NCBI GenBank assembly: GCA_002215675.1
Contig: NGFH01000002.1
Span: 10,452 to 74,451, forward strand
Length of the DNA stretch: 64,000 bases
Origin: Bacteroidetes bacterium 2013_40CM_41_45
GTDB lineage: Bacteria > Bacteroidota > Bacteroidia > AKYH767-A > 2013-40CM-41-45
Direction: 5' to 3'
Position 1 is the stretch's first letter; each line of letters starts with the position of its first letter. Below are positions 1 to 9,455 of the stretch, in pieces. The notes below the pieces were generated by a model that was not told where the DNA came from, did no database searches, and worked only from the letters and a program-made list of their open reading frames with translations. The position numbers and the translations under genes were made by a program.

Positions 1-158
1 GGCACATATCACCGAATTGAAGAGCAGGATGGGTTGGAAGTAATTTGATGTACGATATGCGATTTGTCCACATTATCATTGCGTTAGGAATATAAATCGT
101 AAATCGTACTTCTTATATCGTAAATTATTTTTCCGTTATTACATTTGCCATCAGAATT

Positions 159-995
159 ATGGCCGGAATTTCTGTAGACATCCGCAAAAAAGGCTTTGCA
201 TTCACACTCCGCACAGATCAATGGTGGGTTGAACCTGCGCTGGTCATGTTTGGGTTTACCGCTTTTGTAGTTTACTCAACATGGGCGGCATTTCAGGCGC
301 AGTTTTACTGGTACAGCAATGGCGCTGAAGGATTTGGCGGATATCTTTCTCCCATGTATTCACCTTTAGTATTTATTAATGAAACTGCAAAGGGCGCTGC
401 CCCGGTTCATCACGCATGGTTTGGAACATTCCCCTCGTGGTGGCCTTCATTTTTGCCGGCTTCGCCTGCGTTTTTAATTGTTGCATTTCCGCTACTGTTT
501 CGTTTTACATGTTATTATTATCGCAAAGCATATTACCGTGCATTTGCGGGAAGTCCACCCGCTTGTGCCGTTGGAGCAGTCTCGCAGAAACCTTATAAAG
601 GAGAAACGGGGTTATTGATTTTTCAAAACCTTCATCGCTATGCTTTATATTTCGCAGTGATATTTATTTTTATTCTTTCTTATGATGGGGTGATGGCTTT
701 TTTCCGTGATGGAAAATTCGGAGTAGGTGTGGGAAGCATGGTGCTGCTGATAAACCCAATTCTTCTTGGTTCATATACTTTTGGATGCCATTCTTTCCGG
801 CATCTTGTGGGCGGACAAATGGACTGCATGTCGTGCAATAAATTCCGCTACGGGACCTGGAAAAAAGTTACCTTCCTGAATGAACGTCACCAGCTTTTTG
901 CGTGGATGAGTTTGATTTGGGTGGGCTTTACCGATGTTTATGTGAGAATGGTTTCGATGGGAGTATGGACGGACTTCAGTACATGGGGAAATTAA
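159..995 (+). CDS. Polytopic membrane protein, putative membrane anchor of the adjacent succinate dehydrogenase/fumarate reductase
   Basis: 278-aa ORF with several hydrophobic helices, directly upstream of and co-directional with the flavoprotein and Fe-S subunit genes. Assignment is by operon context only. It does not look like a b558-type SdhC/FrdC that I recognise. Confidence 0.6.
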   Translation: MAGISVDIRKKGFAFTLRTDQWWVEPALVMFGFTAFVVYSTWAAFQAQFYWYSNGAEGFGGYLSPMYSPLVFINETAKGAAPVHHAWFGTFPSWWPSFLPASPAFLIVAFPLLFRFTCYYYRKAYYRAFAGSPPACAVGAVSQKPYKGETGLLIFQNLHRYALYFAVIFIFILSYDGVMAFFRDGKFGVGVGSMVLLINPILLGSYTFGCHSFRHLVGGQMDCMSCNKFRYGTWKKVTFLNERHQLFAWMSLIWVGFTDVYVRMVSMGVWTDFSTWGN

Positions 996-1118
996 GATGA
1001 TGTACGATTTACGAGTTACGATGAACGATTTCTCTACATGTAATTCTTTGCATGTCCATTTTCTCCATTTTGATTTTTTTAAATCGTAAATTGTAAATCG
1101 TAATTCGTAAATCCAAAC

Positions 1119-2978
1119 ATGTTAAATCCCAAAGAGATACAAACCATAGAACACGATGTAGTCGTTGTTGGCGCAGGCGGTGCCGGTTTGCGTGCAGCGA
1201 TTGAATGTTCTAAATTGGGATTGAACACAGGGATTGTATGTAAGTCGCTTTTAGGCAAAGCACATACTGTTATGGCTGAAGGAGGAATGGCGGCAGCGCT
1301 GGGTAATGTGGATGCACGTGACCATTGGAAGATTCACTTCCGCGATACCATGCGCGGTGGAAAATTTCTGAACCAGTGGCGCATGGCAGAACTGCATGCT
1401 AAAGAAGCGCCTGACAGGGTGAGAGAGTTGGAAGAGTGGGGGGCCGTGTTTGACAGAACCAAGGACGGATATATTTCGCAGAGAAATTTTGGAGGGCACC
1501 GCTATCCGCGGCTTGCGCATGTTGGTGACCGTACGGGATTAGAAATGATTCGCTCGCTGCAGGACTACGGAATCCACCAGGGAATTTCAGTTCACATGGA
1601 ATGTACTGCGCTCGACATTATCAAGGATGGAGAAAAAGTTTCAGGGCTGGTTGCGTACTGGAGAGAAACCGGAAGGTTTATTGTTTTTAAATGCAAGGCG
1701 ATTATTCTTGCGACAGGCGGGGCGGGCAAAGCTTGGAAAATAACTTCCAACTCATGGGAATATACCGGTGATGGTTACGCCTTAGCGTACGAAGCCGGTG
1801 CCGAATTGATGGATATGGAGTTCACCCAATTCCATCCTACCGGAATGGTGTGGCCGCTGTCAGTAAAAGGAATACTTGTAACAGAAGGCGTGCGGGGTGA
1901 CGGGGGAATTTTATTGAACAACAAAGGCGAGCGGTTCATGTTCAAATATATTCCTGAAAAATTTGCTGCCGAGACAGCCGACACAGAAGAAGAAGCAAAC
2001 CGCTGGCTAAAGGGAGACAAGAATGCAAGGCGTCCCCCGGAACTTTTGACGCGCGATGTGGTTGCACGTTCTATTAATAATGAAGTGAAAGAAGGCCGCG
2101 GCTCTCCGCACGGAGGAGCGTTTCTCGATATCGCGTCACGCGTTCCGGCAGAAGCTATAAAGCGAAAACTTCCTTCCATGTATCACCAGTTCAAAGAGCT
2201 TGCCGAGGTTGATATCACAAAGGAGCCGATGGAAGTGGGACCAACATTGCACTACTTCATGGGCGGTATTCGTGTTGACCATGATACGCAGATGTCTCGC
2301 GTTCCCGGTTTGTTTGCGGCAGGCGAAGCTGCAGCGGGATTGCATGGCGCGAATCGCCTCGGAGGGAACTCTCTTTCTGACTTGCTGGTGTTCGGCCGTC
2401 TTGCAGGTGTTGGAGCTGCTGATTATATCAGGAAAAATACAGGCACAATAAATCTTGACGAGGAGCAGGTGAAAATATCTGTACGAAGAGCAACAGATAT
2501 TTTAAATCGTGAGTCGGGAACAAACCCATACCTGGTTCACGAAGATTTGCAGCAAGTGATGCAGGATAATGTAGGTATCATCCGCGTAGAGCATGAATTG
2601 AAAAAAGCAATAGACGAATTACAACGCCTGAAAAAAGATACAGAGAAAGTGAAAGCGCCCGGAAGCAGCCAGTATAATCCCGGATGGCATGAAGCTATTT
2701 CGCTTCGGTGCATGATGATAACAGCAGAAGCCGTAACGCTTGCTGCCTTGGAAAGAAAAGAAAGCCGTGGCGCACAGACACGACTTGATTTTTTCGGTGA
2801 AGACAAAGAGTGGCAAAAATATAATATCGTACTTCGTAAGGGAAAAGACGGAAACATGGAAGTAGAAAAAGTGTTGCGCACTTCAACATCACCCGAGCTT
2901 GAACGGATTGCAAATTCAACCATCGAAGCCCTGGACGCGGAAGTTGCCGCAGAAAAAGAAAATTTGAAAATTAGTTAA
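1119..2978 (+). CDS. sdhA: Succinate dehydrogenase/fumarate reductase flavoprotein subunit
   Basis: 619 aa. N-terminal FAD fold VVVVGAGGAGLRAA, the KAHTVMAEGG histidine region, and FHPTG, HYFMGGI and GANRLGGNSL motifs typical of SdhA/FrdA. Confidence 0.95.
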   Translation: MLNPKEIQTIEHDVVVVGAGGAGLRAAIECSKLGLNTGIVCKSLLGKAHTVMAEGGMAAALGNVDARDHWKIHFRDTMRGGKFLNQWRMAELHAKEAPDRVRELEEWGAVFDRTKDGYISQRNFGGHRYPRLAHVGDRTGLEMIRSLQDYGIHQGISVHMECTALDIIKDGEKVSGLVAYWRETGRFIVFKCKAIILATGGAGKAWKITSNSWEYTGDGYALAYEAGAELMDMEFTQFHPTGMVWPLSVKGILVTEGVRGDGGILLNNKGERFMFKYIPEKFAAETADTEEEANRWLKGDKNARRPPELLTRDVVARSINNEVKEGRGSPHGGAFLDIASRVPAEAIKRKLPSMYHQFKELAEVDITKEPMEVGPTLHYFMGGIRVDHDTQMSRVPGLFAAGEAAAGLHGANRLGGNSLSDLLVFGRLAGVGAADYIRKNTGTINLDEEQVKISVRRATDILNRESGTNPYLVHEDLQQVMQDNVGIIRVEHELKKAIDELQRLKKDTEKVKAPGSSQYNPGWHEAISLRCMMITAEAVTLAALERKESRGAQTRLDFFGEDKEWQKYNIVLRKGKDGNMEVEKVLRTSTSPELERIANSTIEALDAEVAAEKENLKIS

Positions 2979-3063
2979 TTTGAAAATTTAGAAATGTTAA
3001 AAATAGTTACAGATTATTTTAGCTCAATGAGTCGTATAACTAATAACGTATAATTTTTTTCAG

Positions 3064-3810
3064 GTGAAGTATAATTTCAAAGTTTTCAGGGGCGATAAAG
3101 ACAGCGGAGGCCTGGTTGACTATAATGTTGACGTGGATGAAGGAATGGTAGTGCTTGATGTGATTCATCGCATCCAGGCTCACCAGGCAAATGACCTTGC
3201 CGTGCGCTGGAACTGTAAAGCGGGAAAGTGCGGATCATGCTCATGTGAAATCAACGGAAAGCCACGCTTGTCCTGCATGACACGCATGAATGAATTCAGT
3301 CCTGATAAACCGGTTACGGTTACTCCTGTAAAAACTTTTCCCGTCATAAAAGATTTAGTTACGGATGTTTCATGGAACTATGAGCAGAACAAACGCATCA
3401 AACCGTTTAAACCGGACCCGAAAAAGAAAGATGCAAAAGGATACGTGATGTTCCAGGAAGATGTTGACCGCGTGCAGGAATTCAGGAAGTGCATTGAGTG
3501 TTATCTCTGCCAGGATGTTTGCCACGTTTTGCGAGACCACGATCGCAAAGACAAATTCGTTGGCCCGCGTTTTATGATTCGTCTTGCTTCGCTCGAAATG
3601 CACCCGCTTGATACGGAAGACAGAATTCCGGCTGTAAGAGATGAATACGGTTCGGGGTTTTGCAATATTACCCGTTGCTGCACCGATGTATGCCCGGAAA
3701 AAATCCAGATTACCGATAACGGAATTATTCCTCTGAAAGAACGCGTAGTTGACCGCTATTATGACCCGATTGCGAGGATTTTTGGCGGAGGAAAGAAGAA
3801 GCAGAAATAA
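3064..3810 (+). CDS. sdhB: Succinate dehydrogenase/fumarate reductase iron-sulfur subunit
   Basis: GTG start. Cys clusters CKAGKCGSCSCEINGKPRLSC, CIECYLCQDVC and CTDVCP match the 2Fe-2S/4Fe-4S/3Fe-4S pattern of SdhB/FrdB. Confidence 0.9.
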   Translation: MKYNFKVFRGDKDSGGLVDYNVDVDEGMVVLDVIHRIQAHQANDLAVRWNCKAGKCGSCSCEINGKPRLSCMTRMNEFSPDKPVTVTPVKTFPVIKDLVTDVSWNYEQNKRIKPFKPDPKKKDAKGYVMFQEDVDRVQEFRKCIECYLCQDVCHVLRDHDRKDKFVGPRFMIRLASLEMHPLDTEDRIPAVRDEYGSGFCNITRCCTDVCPEKIQITDNGIIPLKERVVDRYYDPIARIFGGGKKKQK

Positions 3811-3825
3811 AGAGCTTACCTCTAA

Positions 3826-3846
3826 CCCTTCTCCTTTAGAAGAGGG
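3826..3846. repeat. Short imperfect hairpin (CCCTTCTCC..AGAAGAGGG), possible sdh terminator and member of a small palindromic repeat family
   Basis: Stem-loop 16 nt after the sdhB stop. A perfect 9-bp-stem relative, TCCTTCTCC-TTT-GGAGAAGGA, sits at 47633-47653. Confidence 0.45.
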
Positions 3847-3928
3847 AATACTTCATCATAAATGACTTTCATTAATGCACTTTTGACTTTGGCATTTTTT
3901 TTGACGAACTTTGTGTCGCTATTGTCTG

Positions 3929-6574
3929 ATGAAAAAAATATTTTTTCTTTCGGTTTTTTTTCTCTTATTTTTTGTACAGGGATTCGCAACTCATAACCGG
4001 GCGGGAGAAATAACCTATGAGTTACTCAATTGTTCAACACGTACTTTTAGAATTACCATCACCACCTATACCAAGCTTTGTCCCGTTTGCCCCGACCGCG
4101 ATTTTCTTGACTCTGTTCACTGGGGCGACTTAACGCAGTCGCAGGTTGCGCGGTTTGATTTCGTTAACCTTGGAGATAGCATAAGAAAAAACCGGTATAT
4201 AGCCGACCATTCTTATGCAGGCAACGGTGATTTTGTCATTTATTTTATTGACCCCAACCGTAACGAAGGAATTGCAAATATTCCCAATTCTGTCAATGTT
4301 CCGTTTTGTGTGAGAACAACGATAAAGATTCATCCTTTTTTCGGGTGCAATTCTACACCTGTTTTAAACAAGCCACCCATTGACAAAGGATGTGTGGGAG
4401 AAATTTTCAGGCACAATCCTTTTGCCATTGACCCGGAAGGGGACAGTCTATCCTATCAGCTAACGGTGCCTTTGGCGGGACCCAATACGCCGATTCCCGG
4501 ATATAGTCTTCCGGCAGCAAGTAATTCCATTACACTTAACCCGGTTACCGGTGATTTAATTTGGGACAGCCCCCTTGCCCCGGGGGAATACAATATTGCC
4601 TTTTACATAATTGAATGGAGGTATGGTTCCCCTATGGACACGGTTATGCGCGATATGCAGATTACCATTTCCTACTGTAACAACAAGAGCCCCAAGTTCG
4701 CTGCATTAAGAGATACCTGCATTTTTGCAGGGCAAAATATTTCATTCAATGTAGTGGCAACAGACACGAACGGGAACGCAATTAATATTACAACATCCGG
4801 TTCGCCATACCTTGTTTCGCAGCCGGCAACTTTTTCTTCTAATTCACCTGCCAATCCTGTCATCGGAACGTTTACCTGGAATACGCAATGCATCCACATA
4901 CGGCCGCAACCCTATACGGTTTTCTTTGAGGCAGAGGATATTGTTTCGCCTCCTGAGATTCCGCTTGTGGATTTAACCCATGTTAACATTCGGGTTATTG
5001 CGCCGCCTCCGCAAAATCTCACAGCCACTGCGCTGGGAAATACTATTGTTCTTAATTGGAGCCCGGGCGCCTGCGCCACAGATTCCGGATATCGCATCTA
5101 CCGCAGAACAGGTCCGTTTAATGGAGTGTTTAATTGTCCGTGTGAGACGGGTGTCCCTGTAACTTCCGGCTATACGCTCATTGCAACTGTTGCCGGTAAC
5201 AATGACACAACGTATATTGATTCGGTGAGCAACCTAATTATAGGAGTCGAATATTGTTATGTGGTTACCGCCTTCTTCAAAAACGGAGCAGAAAGCTGCC
5301 CATCGAACGAAGCATGCGCCCGCCTTAAAAAGGAGCTTCCCGCAATTACGCATGCAAGCGTGCTCTTCACAAACACCAATACCGGCTCGGTATATGTAGA
5401 ATGGTCTAAGCCCGATGAACTGGATACTGTTCAATATCCTCCGCCTTACCAATATAGATTATATCATTCCCCTGATTTCCTTGGAAACAATCCCGTTCCA
5501 ATAGTTACTTATACTGACATCAACGATACAACCTTTGTGGACACTATGATAAATACAGTAGGCCATCCCTGGTCATATAAGGTTGAATTCTATTATAGCA
5601 GTGCAGTAGTTTTAAAGGGGAGCACCGAAATTGCTTCTACCGTTTTCTTGTCCATTGCACCCACAGATGAACGGCTAAACTTATCGTGGCAAGAACATGT
5701 TCCCTGGACTAATTATTTTTATGATGTATTCCGCGCAGCGCTGCCCACCCCTCCCTGTTATGATACGGCGGGCTTAAGCTGGGACTCCGTAGGCCGCGCG
5801 TTTACGCAAAGCTTCTCTGACATGAATCTTATTAACGGAGTTTCGTACCGTTACTATGTTAAGAGTATAGGTTCATACTCAGCTCCCGGTTATGATACCA
5901 CAAGAAATAATTCACAGGAAAAATGCGGAGTGCCTTATGACAATGTTGCACCGTGTCCTCCTTCCTTAGCGGTCACTCCAGATTGTATTGAAGAGAGCAA
6001 TTTCCTATCATGGAATAATCCGAATAATTCCTGCGCAGATGATGTAATCCTCTATCACATTTATTTCCGTGCTGCCCTTAGCAATGATTTCCAATTGATT
6101 CAAACTATCAATAATGCATCCGATACAACCTATCTGCATACCGGTTTGCAGTCTATTGCCGGCTGCTACTATATTACGGCTGCTGATTCAAACTTAAACG
6201 AAAGCGCCCCCTCTGCCTTTGCCTGTGTGGATACATGTTTTGTCTATAATATCCCTAATGTATTCACTCCCGATGGAAGCGGACTCAATGATATACTTCA
6301 CCCATGCGACTTTACAACTACGGCCGAGATGCAATTAAAATGTCCTCCATACCAGAACGTGAAAGATGTGGACATAAAATTCTTCAACCGCTGGGGCGAA
6401 ATTGTTTTTGAAACTACAGACCGCGATATACGGTGGAACGGAAAAAATAAGGATACCGGTAAAGACTGTCCCGATGGAGTTTACTACTATACAGGTATTG
6501 TAAACTTTATCCGCATCAATGGAACAACTGCCCGGGATATTCACGGATTTGTTCACATCATCCGCAAGAAATAA
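3929..6574 (+). CDS. Large secreted protein with gliding-motility-associated (T9SS type B) C-terminal domain
   Basis: ATG at 3929 gives the signal peptide MKKIFFLSVFFLLFFVQGFA. The C-terminus (NIPNVFTPDGSGLNDILHP ... FFNRWGEIVFET ... WNGKNKDTGKDCPDGVYYY) matches the CHU_C/type B sorting domain pattern. Confidence 0.8.
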   Translation: MKKIFFLSVFFLLFFVQGFATHNRAGEITYELLNCSTRTFRITITTYTKLCPVCPDRDFLDSVHWGDLTQSQVARFDFVNLGDSIRKNRYIADHSYAGNGDFVIYFIDPNRNEGIANIPNSVNVPFCVRTTIKIHPFFGCNSTPVLNKPPIDKGCVGEIFRHNPFAIDPEGDSLSYQLTVPLAGPNTPIPGYSLPAASNSITLNPVTGDLIWDSPLAPGEYNIAFYIIEWRYGSPMDTVMRDMQITISYCNNKSPKFAALRDTCIFAGQNISFNVVATDTNGNAINITTSGSPYLVSQPATFSSNSPANPVIGTFTWNTQCIHIRPQPYTVFFEAEDIVSPPEIPLVDLTHVNIRVIAPPPQNLTATALGNTIVLNWSPGACATDSGYRIYRRTGPFNGVFNCPCETGVPVTSGYTLIATVAGNNDTTYIDSVSNLIIGVEYCYVVTAFFKNGAESCPSNEACARLKKELPAITHASVLFTNTNTGSVYVEWSKPDELDTVQYPPPYQYRLYHSPDFLGNNPVPIVTYTDINDTTFVDTMINTVGHPWSYKVEFYYSSAVVLKGSTEIASTVFLSIAPTDERLNLSWQEHVPWTNYFYDVFRAALPTPPCYDTAGLSWDSVGRAFTQSFSDMNLINGVSYRYYVKSIGSYSAPGYDTTRNNSQEKCGVPYDNVAPCPPSLAVTPDCIEESNFLSWNNPNNSCADDVILYHIYFRAALSNDFQLIQTINNASDTTYLHTGLQSIAGCYYITAADSNLNESAPSAFACVDTCFVYNIPNVFTPDGSGLNDILHPCDFTTTAEMQLKCPPYQNVKDVDIKFFNRWGEIVFETTDRDIRWNGKNKDTGKDCPDGVYYYTGIVNFIRINGTTARDIHGFVHIIRKK

Positions 6575-6650
6575 GTCATTCGTCATTGGTCATCAGTCAT
6601 TAAATTCTGCGAGTCCATTCGTATATTCGTACCAGATTCGTATTTCGTAG

Positions 6651-7244
6651 ATGATGTTTACCGGAATTGTAGAGGCCACGGGCAAAGTAAAAAGCATTAC
6701 CGTGCAGCAGAATAATAAGCTGCTTTGTATTGAGGCGCTTTTTGCAAGCGAGCTAAAAGTAGACCAAAGTGTTTCGCACAATGGAGTTTGTCTCACCGTT
6801 ACCAAGGTGCTTGGCGATTGTTATTATGTTGAATGTATTGCCGAAACATTAAAGCGAAGCAATCTCGGGTTACTCCGCGAAGGAGATATCGTAAACCTCG
6901 AGAGAAGTATTAAAGCAGACGGACGCATGGATGGGCATTTCGTACTTGGGCACGTGGATGAAACAGCTACATGTTTATCCGTTCTTGATGCCGGGGGAAG
7001 CTGGCTCTATGGATTTAAGTATGATGCTTCTTCAGGCAACTTTACCGTTCCCAAGGGCTCGGTTTGTGTAAACGGGGTATCGCTTACGATAGTGGATTCG
7101 CAAAAGGGATATTTTTCTGTTGCCGTTATTCCGTATACATATAACCATACCAACTTTAAGAATATTCTTCCCAACTCGGTGGTAAATATTGAGTTTGATA
7201 TTATAGGGAAATATGTAGCTGAGCTGGTGCGAAGAACAAATTAG
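6651..7244 (+). CDS. ribE: Riboflavin synthase alpha chain
   Basis: MFTGIVEATGKV start, an internal duplicated lumazine-binding half (GHFVLGHVD) and about 197 aa, as expected for RibE/RibC. Confidence 0.9.
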   Translation: MMFTGIVEATGKVKSITVQQNNKLLCIEALFASELKVDQSVSHNGVCLTVTKVLGDCYYVECIAETLKRSNLGLLREGDIVNLERSIKADGRMDGHFVLGHVDETATCLSVLDAGGSWLYGFKYDASSGNFTVPKGSVCVNGVSLTIVDSQKGYFSVAVIPYTYNHTNFKNILPNSVVNIEFDIIGKYVAELVRRTN

Positions 7245-7246
7245 TG

Positions 7247-8200
7247 TCAGAAAACATTGCTGGCCACTCTTCTCACTGCATCTGAATTACCCATAGTATA
7301 AAAGTGCAGGCAGGGCGCATTGTTTTTCACCAGCTCGCGGCACTGGTTAATGCACCATTCTATTCCAGTTTCTTTAACCTGCTTATCGCTTTCGCATTTT
7401 TCAACAGCCTCAATAAGCTCATCGGGTAATTCAATGTGAAATGTTTTTGGCAGAAGATTGATTTGCTTTTTTGTAGTAAGCACTTTTATGCCCGGCACAA
7501 TAGGTACGGTGATTCCGATATCACGGCACGCCCGCACAAATTCAAAATATTTTTTATTGTCGAAAAACATTTGCGTTACTATATAGTCAGAGCCGGCATC
7601 TATTTTTTGCTTCAGGTATTTGAGGTCAGACTTCATGCTGGGCGCTTCAAAATGTTTTTCCGGGTAACCCGCAATGCCGATGCAAAAATCGGTAGGAGAA
7701 ACATCCATAAGTTCCTCGTCCATAAATTTGCCGCGATTCATTTTCACTGCCTGGTTAACTAAATCAATGGCGTAATTATTTCCGTCGGGTTCGGGCGTAA
7801 ATCCTGATTCTGATTTAATAGCATCGCCTCGTATGGCAAGCACATTATCAATGCCCAGGAAGTTCAGGTCAATCAAAGCATTTTCCGTTTCCTCTTTGGT
7901 AAAACCTCCGCATATAATGTGAGGTACCGCATCAATCTTATATTTATTCATAAGTGCAGCACAAATACCAACCGTTCCCGGGCGCTTACGAATAGAAAGT
8001 TTTTCGAGCAATCCGTTTTCGCGGTGCTTGTATACATACTCCTCACGGTGATAGGTAACATCAATAAACGATGGCCTGAATTCAAGCAGCGGGTCAATGC
8101 CTTCATATATGCTCCGGATGCCTTTCCCTTTGAGGGGAGGTAAAATCTCAATAGAGAAAAGCGTGCCCTTTGCTTGCTTCAGATGTTCGGTAACTTTCAT
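7247..8200 (-). CDS. metF: Methylenetetrahydrofolate reductase
   Basis: 317 aa with FSIEILPPLKG, GICAAL..PHIICGG and DYIVTQMFFD motifs characteristic of MetF. Confidence 0.9.
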   Translation of the reverse strand: MKVTEHLKQAKGTLFSIEILPPLKGKGIRSIYEGIDPLLEFRPSFIDVTYHREEYVYKHRENGLLEKLSIRKRPGTVGICAALMNKYKIDAVPHIICGGFTKEETENALIDLNFLGIDNVLAIRGDAIKSESGFTPEPDGNNYAIDLVNQAVKMNRGKFMDEELMDVSPTDFCIGIAGYPEKHFEAPSMKSDLKYLKQKIDAGSDYIVTQMFFDNKKYFEFVRACRDIGITVPIVPGIKVLTTKKQINLLPKTFHIELPDELIEAVEKCESDKQVKETGIEWCINQCRELVKNNAPCLHFYTMGNSDAVRRVASNVF

Positions 8201-8407
8201 TCCTATAACTAACTTATAATGATTTAGGGTTGGCGAAGATATTTAATTTGCAAAATTGGCATCAGTTTTACTTAATCATCTTGTCTTTCAGGATGAATTA
8301 GTGGTGACACGACAGGAAATCTCTCTGCACGTTTATTATAGCCGGCAACTAAAAAAATTATCTTGTTACCTTTGTCATCGTATCTAACCATCTTAACAAG
8401 TAAAAAC

Positions 8408-8821
8408 ATGATAACATTAGAAAAAATTGTTTCAAGCAATCTGGAAATGCTGAAAAGCCAGGAAGCAGAGCTTCTCAAGTCGCTTAACTTTGTACAAAAA
8501 GCAAGAAAATTATTTGAAGAGCAAAACGATAGACCCAGGCGTGGAAGAAAGCCCAAAGCTTATAGTACACCGCTAACTTCTCCCAAAGCAGAGCGGGGGA
8601 GAGGCGCGAGAAAAGGCTCGCACCTGAGTAATATTATGGGGGTATTAAAGCAAAAAGGAAAACCACTGCCTTCAGGCGAACTTATCAGCGCCCTCTTTAA
8701 ACAACAGAAGAAGGATAAGAACATTACGCACTACCGCCAGCTTATTTATCCTACCCTTACGCAGGCATATAAGAAAGGCGTATTGAAATTGAAAGACGGA
8801 AAAGTTCATTTAAGCGCATAA
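8408..8821 (+). CDS. Small basic protein with AT-hook-like RGRKPK motif and winged-helix-like C-terminus
   Basis: ATG at 8408 (MITLEKIV...). Lys/Arg-rich middle (RPRRGRKPKA, ERGRGARKG). The C-terminal GVLKQKGKPLPSGELISALF segment resembles a linker-histone/HARE-type wHTH. No family was recognised with certainty. Confidence 0.5.
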   Translation: MITLEKIVSSNLEMLKSQEAELLKSLNFVQKARKLFEEQNDRPRRGRKPKAYSTPLTSPKAERGRGARKGSHLSNIMGVLKQKGKPLPSGELISALFKQQKKDKNITHYRQLIYPTLTQAYKKGVLKLKDGKVHLSA

Positions 8822-8845
8822 GTTTTTAATCTTAGAATTTTTTGT

Positions 8846-8885
8846 AATGGCGTTCTGATAATTATCGGAACGCCATTCTTATTTT
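8846..8885. terminator. Bidirectional rho-independent-type terminator between convergent genes
   Basis: Perfect 10-bp stem AATGGCGTTC / GAACGCCATT with a 12-nt loop, followed by CTTATTTT. Confidence 0.6.
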
Positions 8886-8930
8886 CCACGGAATCGATTT
8901 TAGTCAATATTTATAAAATAACTTTAGTAT

Positions 8931-9455
8931 CTATTTACTCAGTATTAAAATCGGCACCTTGATGCCTACAAGTAAAAAGTATTGTTTTAAGTCGGGCAGA
9001 ACATAAAAAAGTTCAATAGAAATTGGAATAGCCTGGGCTTCTACATCGTATCCGATTCCAAGCATATTTTTATATTTTAATGGACTTATATAATAACTAA
9101 AATGAAACTGGAAATTGTATAGTCTGCTAATCATGCCGTAGCCGACAGAAGGTTTAATAAACGTTGTATAATCATGCTGATTTAAAATCATAGCTGTTCC
9201 ACATAAGTCCATATCAATAAAACTTTTTCCACTCTTTGAATAAATTCTGTAATTAACCCCATAAGGGAATGCCGTTGTTACATTTGCTGAATCGCTCTTA
9301 TAAACTTCAAAGCCGGGAAGTATGCCAACATAGAAACTCATGCTGCGCCACCTGGTAACTTTTCCGGACTCGGTTGGAGTATCGGGCTCCTGACCGCTAA
9401 CTGTCTTAAAAAGGGAGCAACTTAAAATTAAAAGAATTAATAGTGTCTTTTTCAT
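8931..9455 (-). CDS. Hypothetical secreted beta-rich protein
   Basis: Signal peptide MKKTLLILLILSCSLFKTVSGQ, then alternating hydrophobic beta-like segments. Last gene of the co-directional cluster. Confidence 0.55.
   Translation of the reverse strand: MKKTLLILLILSCSLFKTVSGQEPDTPTESGKVTRWRSMSFYVGILPGFEVYKSDSANVTTAFPYGVNYRIYSKSGKSFIDMDLCGTAMILNQHDYTTFIKPSVGYGMISRLYNFQFHFSYYISPLKYKNMLGIGYDVEAQAIPISIELFYVLPDLKQYFLLVGIKVPILILSK

Noticed and set aside
1-48. An open frame reading GTYHRIEEQDGLEVI* at the extreme left edge, possibly the 3' end of an upstream gene.
   Set aside because: Only 15 codons are visible, which is too short to identify or to separate from chance.
1251-2923. Several 65-134-aa ORFs antisense to or overlapping sdhA (for example 1251-1520, 1775-2179, 2136-2345, 2537-2923).
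   Set aside because: They lie wholly inside a strongly supported 619-aa gene and have low-complexity, Arg/Ser-rich translations. They are typical shadow ORFs.
6575-6650. A possible FMN riboswitch upstream of ribE.
   Set aside because: The leader is only ~75 nt and consists of short tandem GTCATT / ATTCGTA repeats. That is far too short and lacks the conserved FMN-element helices.
8201-8407. A possible SAM or other riboswitch in the metF leader, and the 94-aa ORF at 8272-8556.
   Set aside because: I could not find SAM-I or SAM-II core motifs on either strand. The ORF overlaps the better-supported plus-strand gene starting at 8408.
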